64,000 nt of DNA from Alloascoidea hylecoeti (lineage: Eukaryota). The position numbers and the translations under genes were made by a program. The notes under the pieces are model-generated. The model worked only from the letters and a program-made list of their open reading frames with translations, searched no databases and was not told where the DNA came from. Positions 56,038-64,000 of this stretch are shown in pieces; within the stretch, counting starts at the first letter, position 1, and each line of letters begins with the position of its first letter. The DNA is taken from assembly GCA_001600815.1 (NCBI GenBank), contig BCKZ01000015.1, forward strand, positions 248,001-312,000. Reading direction: 5' to 3'.

Positions 56038-57789
56038 ATGACAACCTCACCCGAAGGTTCACCTCGTTCAAATCGAACCGGAAATTTGGAAGGTAAGTTG
56101 TCGCCTTCTGCTTCAACTTCTTCATCGTCTTTGCCTATATCAACAAATGATAATCTTATTCCATTCAGTGGTGTTAATGGCGCCAATAGAGAAAGTGAAG
56201 ATATTGAGTCGCATCCAATAGCGTTAACAAGGACGCGAAGTAACGTTGAATCAATACAGGAACAAGATAGATTATCAAGGATTTTATCTGGTGTAACAAC
56301 AAGATCTAATAAAGATTACTTAAACAAACCACTTCCTGAAATGGGGGGAGGGAGAGAGTTACCACCCAAATTACCTGAACAAGATATTTACACGGTAGAT
56401 TTTACGGGTGCAGATGACCCGTATCATCCTCACAATTGGCCTCTTGGGAAAAAATTAAAAGCGTGTGTTGCTCTTGGATTTTTAACTTTATGTTCCGCTT
56501 GGGCATCTGGTGTTTATTCATCTGCAGTTCCTTTTGTTAGCGAGGAATTTAATGTTGCTTTGATCGTTGGAACTCTTGGTGTTTCCTTTTATGTTCTCGG
56601 TTTTGCTTCCGGACCAACTATTTGGGCTCCGTTATCGGAATTATATGGTAGAAAACCAGTGTTAGTAATCGCATCTTTTATTTTTACTGTTTTCCAATTT
56701 GCTGTCGCCGTTGCCAAGGATTTACAAACTATTTTGATATGTAGGTTTTTCGGTGGGTTCTTTGGTGCGGCTCCTATTGTAGTTGTTGCTGCGGCTTTTT
56801 CAGATATGTTTGGTAACCAGACAAGAGGTATTGCTATTTCTATATTCTCAGCCTGTGTATTTGTGGGTCCAAATCTTGCTCCAATTGCAGGTTCCTTTAT
56901 TTCTTACTCATATCTTGGCTGGAGATGGACGGAATATATTACAGGAATAATGGGAGCGGCCGCCGTAGTTCTGGTTGTAATGTTATACCCTGAATCATAC
57001 CATCCTATTATTTTATGTGATAAAGCTGAAGAATTAAGAAGAAGAACTGGTGTATGGGGAATAAGAGCAAAACATGAGAGTTTCAGATTGAGTATTAAAG
57101 AAATTGTTAACACCAATTTAACAAGACCTGTTCGAATGCTTTTTACAGAGCCAATCATTTTCTTGATTACAATTTATAATGCTTTCATATATGGTATTCT
57201 GTATTTATTCTTAACGGCTTATCCTTATGTCTACGCATATAAATACCATTGGACTGGTGGTTTGACAGATATGGTTTTTATTCCTCTTGCAATCGGTCAA
57301 ATTTTAGGTGGTTTGGGTTGTGTATGGAGTGAAACAAATTATAATAAAGTTATTTCGGCTAACGGTGGTAAGCCAGTTCCAGAAGCAAGATTACCCCCAA
57401 TGATGGTTGGTTGTTTTTTATTTCCAATTGGTTTAATGTGGTTTATGTGGACAGGTAATTATCCCGACAAAGTACATTGGGTAGTTCCAATGGTTTCAGG
57501 TATATTCACTGGTGCTGGATTAATTACAATTTTCTTACCATCTATGAATTATATCGTCGATGCTTATTTAATGTTTGCAGCATCTGCTTTAGCCGCAAAT
57601 ACAATGTTACGTTCCTTATGGGGTTCTGCTTTTCCCTTATTTGCTAAGTATATGTTAGATGGTATGGGAGTTAATTGGGCTGGATTATTACTTGGCTTAC
57701 TTGGATTTGCAATGTGTCCTGTTCCATTCTTATTCTATAAGTATGGTAAAAGAATCAGAGGTCGTTCAGCCTATGCTCCTGATATCTGA
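56038..57789 (+). CDS. MFS DHA1 drug/polyamine:H+ antiporter (Tpo1/Flu1-like)
   Basis: Motifs DDPYHPHNW...KK, WAPLSELYGRK, GWRW, RPVRMLFTEPI, PEARLPPM and YIVDAY..FAASALA, consistent with 12 TM helices. Confidence 0.9.
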   Translation: MTTSPEGSPRSNRTGNLEGKLSPSASTSSSSLPISTNDNLIPFSGVNGANRESEDIESHPIALTRTRSNVESIQEQDRLSRILSGVTTRSNKDYLNKPLPEMGGGRELPPKLPEQDIYTVDFTGADDPYHPHNWPLGKKLKACVALGFLTLCSAWASGVYSSAVPFVSEEFNVALIVGTLGVSFYVLGFASGPTIWAPLSELYGRKPVLVIASFIFTVFQFAVAVAKDLQTILICRFFGGFFGAAPIVVVAAAFSDMFGNQTRGIAISIFSACVFVGPNLAPIAGSFISYSYLGWRWTEYITGIMGAAAVVLVVMLYPESYHPIILCDKAEELRRRTGVWGIRAKHESFRLSIKEIVNTNLTRPVRMLFTEPIIFLITIYNAFIYGILYLFLTAYPYVYAYKYHWTGGLTDMVFIPLAIGQILGGLGCVWSETNYNKVISANGGKPVPEARLPPMMVGCFLFPIGLMWFMWTGNYPDKVHWVVPMVSGIFTGAGLITIFLPSMNYIVDAYLMFAASALAANTMLRSLWGSAFPLFAKYMLDGMGVNWAGLLLGLLGFAMCPVPFLFYKYGKRIRGRSAYAPDI

Positions 57790-58278
57790 TGATTTATTAT
57801 TTTAGACATTCATAATTGAACACTTTGAATTGCTTATAATCATGAAAGATACAAATACTACAAATTGTATTTCTTTCGATATTTTTTTACAAATCTCTAA
57901 TCTACTTTGCTATATAGTATTTTTTTTTTTTTTTTATTATCGTTTTTAATGGCTTGAATCTTTTATAAATTTGTTCTTATTGTTTTGCATCATCATTGAT
58001 TATTATGAGTTTTTATTTTTTTGTATATAAGTCTTATAGCTATAAGTTTATTTAAAACAGTTATAGCCAGTTATAATAGCATGCTCTATCTTTATGCTAG
58101 AGCTAGATTTCAAATTTTTACTTGGTAATTAGTTTTCTGTAAGTCGTTGTAGATTATTATATTACAACCTTAACTATATAGACTATAAGTATCATATAAC
58201 AATATTCAATATTAATATTTATATTTATATAGAATCTCACAAAAGAAAGATTATTTAATATCTCTATATTGCTATTAT

Positions 58279-60426
58279 CTATTGTCCATCAATATCATTC
58301 CAATATAGATCTGAATAAGTATCACTATTGTAAATATCTGCCATTTGGCCCAGATCGGAAGGTAAAGGCATTTTTATTTCACACTCTTGATTCTGTTCAT
58401 TTACATTATCGTCAGCTAAAAAATCTAGTTGCTTGTCATTAAGACTAGAATTATGTTTCGAGTGACTTAACTTGTTAATCTTTTTTATTGGACTCGTATT
58501 AGCACTCGCTTTTCCATGTGTACGCATATCTGGTACATTGTTCATATCTGTACCACCACAACATATGTTTCGTTGTTGATGGCGTATCAGAGCATCACTT
58601 CTTGCGAATTTCTTACCACATGGACATATATGTTTATATTCCATATGTATTGTAAAATGTCTTTTGAGATCATGCTGCCTAACGAAATTTGCCCCACAAA
58701 CTGTACAGATAAAAGGACGATCTGCAAGATGGGTTTGAACATGAGAACGGATGTTGTATCGTCTTTTAAATTTCTTACCACAATGATCAAAAGTACAAAC
58801 AAATTCTCCATTAATATCTGGACCAATTGTATAACTATCTATGCAATTCTGTGGGAGAGAAGATTTTTTTATTGTCATTGCACTGATTTCTGGATGCAGT
58901 TTAATATTTGAGCTCGTTTCAGAAGAAAAAGTTCCGGATTCAAATATTGTATGGTTTAACTTCTTTTTTTTATTTTTTTCTTCTTTCTTGAGAAGTTGTT
59001 GAGAGTCAACGAATTCAGTTTTTGGTATAATTGTAGGTCTCCACCTTAAGTTTCGTTTTGGTGAAGGGGATGATGAACTCGCATCACTTTTATTGAATAT
59101 ATAATTGTTTGGAATATTTGAGGGTGAATCGAGCTTTCGTCTCTGAGTTGGTGATGGAGAAGCCGAATCTGGTAATGCGAAGTTATTGCGTTTCTTTGGA
59201 GAAGGTGTTTCATAAGGTAATGATATGAAACTATCTTCCAAATCTACAGGTCCCAATTGAGGAGTAATGGTAACAACATCTGGTGCTTGTGGTAATGGCA
59301 TATTTAGGTGTATGTTCGATATTGATTGCAAGTATGGTGTAGGATCTGATGTATTATCTTGATGAATAAAATCATTTGGATAGAGCATATTATCTTCAAA
59401 CAGAGGATTTAGTGCGTTAATACTGTGATCATAAGTTAAATATTCTGAAGATTTTACTTCATTATTAGAAATATTTATTATTTCCGGATATATAATAGGA
59501 GTTTCAAAATGTTTATCCCCTTTTTCAAATCTTGACAATTTGTTAAGATATTCAAGTTTAAATCTGTAATAATCAATTTGTTGTTTTTCAGAAATATTAA
59601 AGTTTACATTTTCAGGTTGATAAGAAGGGATTTCAATTTTAGGAGTACTTGGTGGAAATTTATATCCAACTGACTCTATGATATTATTTTCTAAATTCTT
59701 ATTTGTGACAGGCCGAGGTGGTGATAGATTCTTCGGTATTAATGATGGTTCTAATGATAAGTCAGGTAAAGGTTGAATTGATAATCTTGATCTATTCATG
59801 TTATCTAAAGTCATCTCCTTAGAATAATCACCGGATAAAGATGTATTTCTTGTTAAATTTAAGTTAGTTGTGTTAAATTTAGTGGTTGAATCACTAAAGG
59901 TTAAAGACTCTGGATCGATCCCAAAAATTGAGGTACCCGTAATCTGTCTTTTGTGTTCCCTTTTAAAATTCATATTTTCAGATGCAGTATGTGATCTGTT
60001 CCTGTTGGAGTTTTGATATTGGATTGAATTATTAACAATATCATAATTGTCCATTTTGTAATTGGAATCTTGGAAATTAAAATTATTATTGATGTCAAAA
60101 CTCATATCAAGGTGTCTAACAGTTGGTATATCTAGGTCTTGTAAATTTTTCAATGTTTGAGAGAGCAGATCGTCATATTGTAAGGTTTGCGGTTGATAAA
60201 ACGAATAAAAATTCAAGTCATTTGTTTTAGGTGCAAGCACTTGGTCAACATCCAAAATACCATTGAAATTATTTGGTTCAATTTTGGAATTATTAAATTT
60301 TGTATCTGCATCTTGCAATTGGTCTTGAGTCGTTGGGTTTTCAATTAAGTTAACTGAAGATTTGTCTGATTGATTGTGATAACTGTACTGATCGATATCT
60401 AAGAAGGGATTGATAGTTGGATGCAT
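58279..60426 (-). CDS. ACE2: Ace2/Swi5-family C2H2 zinc-finger transcription factor
   Basis: Zinc fingers CGKKFKRRYNIRSHVQTHLADRP, FVRQHDLKRH and CPCGKKFARSDAL, an N-terminal HKRQITGTSIFG (Cbk1 site/NES-like motif) and many SP/TP sites. Adjacent to KGD2, as SWI5 is. Confidence 0.88.
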   Translation of the reverse strand: MHPTINPFLDIDQYSYHNQSDKSSVNLIENPTTQDQLQDADTKFNNSKIEPNNFNGILDVDQVLAPKTNDLNFYSFYQPQTLQYDDLLSQTLKNLQDLDIPTVRHLDMSFDINNNFNFQDSNYKMDNYDIVNNSIQYQNSNRNRSHTASENMNFKREHKRQITGTSIFGIDPESLTFSDSTTKFNTTNLNLTRNTSLSGDYSKEMTLDNMNRSRLSIQPLPDLSLEPSLIPKNLSPPRPVTNKNLENNIIESVGYKFPPSTPKIEIPSYQPENVNFNISEKQQIDYYRFKLEYLNKLSRFEKGDKHFETPIIYPEIINISNNEVKSSEYLTYDHSINALNPLFEDNMLYPNDFIHQDNTSDPTPYLQSISNIHLNMPLPQAPDVVTITPQLGPVDLEDSFISLPYETPSPKKRNNFALPDSASPSPTQRRKLDSPSNIPNNYIFNKSDASSSSPSPKRNLRWRPTIIPKTEFVDSQQLLKKEEKNKKKKLNHTIFESGTFSSETSSNIKLHPEISAMTIKKSSLPQNCIDSYTIGPDINGEFVCTFDHCGKKFKRRYNIRSHVQTHLADRPFICTVCGANFVRQHDLKRHFTIHMEYKHICPCGKKFARSDALIRHQQRNICCGGTDMNNVPDMRTHGKASANTSPIKKINKLSHSKHNSSLNDKQLDFLADDNVNEQNQECEIKMPLPSDLGQMADIYNSDTYSDLYWNDIDGQ

Positions 60427-60496
60427 GTTAAGATCCTATCGTCGTTATTGTTACTGAGCTCGAGTAATGACCTATCAAGAACCTATTTCGCTACAG

Positions 60497-60503
60497 GTAA
60501 ACA
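60497..60503 (+). promoter_or_regulatory. Possible forkhead (Fkh) site upstream of ACE2
   Basis: GTAAACA about 70 bp upstream of the ATG; ACE2 and SWI5 are known Fkh targets in S. cerevisiae. The motif is short and may be chance. Confidence 0.3.
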
Positions 60504-61507
60504 GTATTTGTATTTATTAATTGAAAGTTAGGCAATCGATATGTAGACTAAATAAAAAAAGCTTTAATTCCACGATATCACGAAGAATTAATAAAATGTA
60601 TACTATGATGTGTAGTCAAAAAGCAGAAATAATAAGAAGAGTTGATCGAGAACCTAATGCAATAACAACAACAATAAAAAGAGCAATAACAATAACATAC
60701 TATAAATACATATTACATAATCGCAAAGTTGAAAAGATACGTCAAAAAGCGTCCAGGGAAGTCCGAGAGGAGCCCGAGGGACTAAATAACTCTTAAGATA
60801 CAATGAAATTGCGCCCAAATCATTGAAAATGAAATATGGTTAGTCAATTAGGTTTGATTAATGAGAGATTAGCGTTCTTGTAGCTCATTACGGATTCGGT
60901 TAAGCATCGATTTGCTCGAACTTCTTGGTGATATTTTCGAAGGCGAAACGATGCCTCTGATGTGGAGTTTTTGTTCGAGCGATTCAAGAGCCAAAACACG
61001 CAGTGGAGGAGCAAGCATTTTGTTCGAAGAGCGTTAATTGCAACTGTTGTTGTTATGCCAGATGGAGGAAGACAACAACACGTGCAGCCAAAACCAGATT
61101 CGGGCGATGCGGGATACACGTGACGTCCGTTAGTAAGCCGTTATATAATACCCTCGGAGCCGTAGCCGGGTCCCGTCATGTGTGATCCGACTTCGGGTTT
61201 TCTAGCACTGGGGAACGTGGAGTTATTAGGCCGCGGGCCCCAAAAGCTTGTCCAATGGCCTTCGAGATGATTTGACACCCAGGTGGTACAGGTCCTTCAG
61301 TAATGAAGCCCCACCGGAGATGAGGGCTTGCTTTGCGCAGTCAGGCCGAGTCTGTGTTCTGGCTTCTCAGCATAAACCCATCCGGATACCCATCACCTGC
61401 ATGTATTTTGGTTGTGTCCGACTCTAATAAATATTTTATCTCTTTCTCTTTAGCCTTTAAGTTGAAAATTTCTTTCTCCCACAAACCTTCTTCCCAGTAA
61501 TTCAATC

Positions 61508-63224
61508 ATGCTGCAAAGCTCCCTACGGAAAAACAGTCTGAAATTAGCCAGATCCTTCTCGGCTTCTCTCCCAAAATCGGCCAGAGCCGTTTCCACAATT
61601 GCTCAAAGATCAATTAGACCCAAGTAAGCACTTACCCCGAGTTATCGCATTTAATGTTTATACTAACTTGGCATTCATTGTTCCTTAAAGCCACAAGCCT
61701 ATTCTCTCCATCCCTTTGTCCCATTATGGCCCGGCTTCGACCTGTTTTATTCGTACCTATGCCGAAATTGTAAAGGTCCCAGATATGGCCGAGTCAATTA
61801 CTGAAGGCACTCTTCGATCTTTTGAAAAAGAAATCGGGGACTATGTCGAAATAGACGAAGAAATCGCAACCATTGAGACTGATAAAATTGACGTCCCGGT
61901 TCAAGCACCCTTTGCTGGTACTATTACTGAATTTTTAGCTAAACCTGAAGATACAGTTGTTGTCGGCCAACCTTTGGTTTCAATAGAGCCTGGTGAGGGT
62001 GGAGCTCCTGCAAAGGCATCTAAATCTGCAGAACCTGAAAAATCTGAGGATAAAGCTGAAGCTGCCATTCCCAAAGAAACTGCACAAGCTGCCGAGCCTG
62101 CTGGTGAACCACAGGTAGTCAAAGTTCCTGATATGGCCGAGTCTATTACAGAAGGCACTCTTAGATCTTTTGAAAAAGAAATTGGAGAGTTTGTTGAAGT
62201 AGATGAGGAAGTCGCAACTATTGAAACCGATAAGATTGACGTCCCAGTCTTGGCCCCATTCTCGGGAACAGTTAAGGAGTTCTTAGCTAAACCTGAAGAT
62301 GCTGTTACTGTTGGTCAAGATTTGTTTGTCTTGGTCCCTGGTGGAAGCCCATCTCCAAAAGCTGCTACACCCGCACCAACATCTGCTTCTCCATCATCTG
62401 ATGCAACACCGGCTCCCAAGACAGAAGCTCCAAAGAAGGAAGCCCCAAAGAAAGAAGCTTCAAAGAAGAAGGAAACCGCTGCTCCTCCTCCTGCAGAAGC
62501 TTCAAAAGCTTTCGCCAGATCTGAAACCAAGGTTAAGATGAACAGAATGAGATTAAGAATTGCTGAACGTCTTAAGGAATCCCAAAACACTTCAGCATCT
62601 TTGACTACTTTTAATGAGGTCGATATGTCAAATCTTATGGATTTACGAAAATCATATAAGGATGCCGTTTTGGAAAAGACTGGCATTAAGTTTGGTTTCA
62701 TGGGTGCTTTCTCAAAAGCTTGTACTTTAGCCATGAAAGATATTCCAACTGTAAATGCTGCCATTGAAGGTCCAAATGGTGGTGATACTATTGTTTATAA
62801 AGACTATGTGGATATTTCTGTTGCAGTTGCTACTCCAAAAGGTTTAGTTACTCCTGTTGTTCGTAATGCTGAATCCCAATCTATTATCGAAATTGAAAAA
62901 TCAATCAGTGATCTTGGTAAGAAAGCCCGTGATGGTAAGCTCACTCTAGAAGATATGGCAGGTGGAACTTTCACTATTTCAAATGGTGGTGTTTTTGGTT
63001 CATTATACGGAACACCTATCATTAATATCCCACAAACTGCTGTATTGGGATTACATGGTATAAAAGAACGTGCTGTTGTTGTTGATGGAAAAGTTGTAGC
63101 TAGACCAATGATGTATTTGGCTTTGACATATGATCATCGTTTATTAGATGGAAGAGAAGCCGTCACTTTCTTGAAGACTGTTAAAGAATTAATAGAAGAT
63201 CCAAGAAGGATGCTCCTTTATTAG
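61508..63224 (+). CDS. KGD2: 2-oxoglutarate dehydrogenase E2 (dihydrolipoamide succinyltransferase) with two lipoyl domains; intron 61624-61690
   Basis: The presequence exon from ATG 61508 splices through GTAAGC..TACTAAC..AAG. Two ETDK lipoyl domains precede the catalytic core ([28 protein letters not shown]). Confidence 0.97.
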
Positions 63225-64000
63225 ATATTGGAGTGTTAGTTTAGTGAATAATATTATATAGAGTATTAGTTACTAGGCCTAAAATTAATCTGATTTTTAC
63301 CGTTTAGTTTGACCATATATGTTGATAATACACATGTAATACATGTATTTTACATTGCTTGCGAAAAGTGATCAAAAGTTTTTGGGGGAATTGAAGTGAA
63401 AGCTAGTGGTCGACATTCTCAATCAAAAAACTAAACTTAATTATAATATATAAAAATGTTATAAAAACCCTTCTATGTATAAGAAAGTGAATAAGTATTT
63501 TGGAATCTAGGAATTAACTTCCAACACCCAATATAAGTTATAAATTTATAATATATCTATAAATGAATAATTTATATTATAAAGATCTGAAGAGCCAAAA
63601 AAAAGTTACAAAAGCATTAAAAAATATAAAAAGTTAAGAGAGAATTATAAAATAGCCTTACCAAGGAGATAAAGAACTATATCTTCATCATCATCATCAT
63701 CATTATCATAAATAATACTGTAGTGTGTGGTGTGTAAAGCAAATCAAATAAAAATTGAAATATTCTTATTTCAATTTATAGATTATTGATAAATATGGCC
63801 ATAATTTCACACATATTGTAGAAGTATTTTTTAGTTGTTTATACATGTAATCAACTGAGACAGTGAAGATAATGTTACAATTGGGAGCTTCCGAGGCAGC
63901 TCCAAATGAGAGAGAATATTTTTAGAAAGCACAGAAATCTTTTGAGAAACTCTATTTATCCCAATTTTTTACTGGTGATTATTGATCTTAATTTGGAGAT

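Noticed and set aside
60844..61185. Short ORFs in the GC-rich ACE2/KGD2 divergent region
   Set aside because: No recognisable homology and non-ATG starts; more likely promoter sequence (it contains CACGTG boxes).
63660..64000. Possible 3' end of a minus-strand gene and a GGAGCT..AGCTCC hairpin at ~63874-63903
   Set aside because: Only 14 open codons at the window edge and no recognisable motif, so it cannot be supported.

Overview
A gene-dense, AT-rich chromosomal segment of a budding yeast (Saccharomycotina). It reads CTG as Leu and is intron-rich: I reconstructed 21 short (~50-100 nt) spliceosomal introns in 12 genes by hand. About 30 protein-coding genes are present, many in the gene order known from S. 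cerevisiae (YGR017W-UGA1-CHS5-VMA7-DPC29; MIN8-YPR011C; MAK16-DRS2-LTE1; PCP1-GTF1-NOP7-SRB5-[ERG24]-VOA1; ACE2/SWI5-KGD2). Two spliced genes are missing from the ORF track (a MIN8/NDUFA4-like microprotein and a stand-alone cyclophilin-E-type RRM protein), and several others are only partly covered. The most unusual items are: a Kgd2 (2-oxoglutarate dehydrogenase E2) with two tandem lipoyl domains; a GC-AG intron required to make DPC29/TACO1; a MRD1 start codon split by an intron; a divergent DYRK-like kinase with DFS in place of DFG; a tandem two-gene duplication resolved by reciprocal loss (RraA-like/DJP1); and decayed DNA transposons (pogo/Fot1, Tc1, possibly hAT) plus two MITE-like elements in intergenic gaps. 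No tRNA, rRNA or CRISPR was recognised. Gene names come from remembered family motifs, not database searches.
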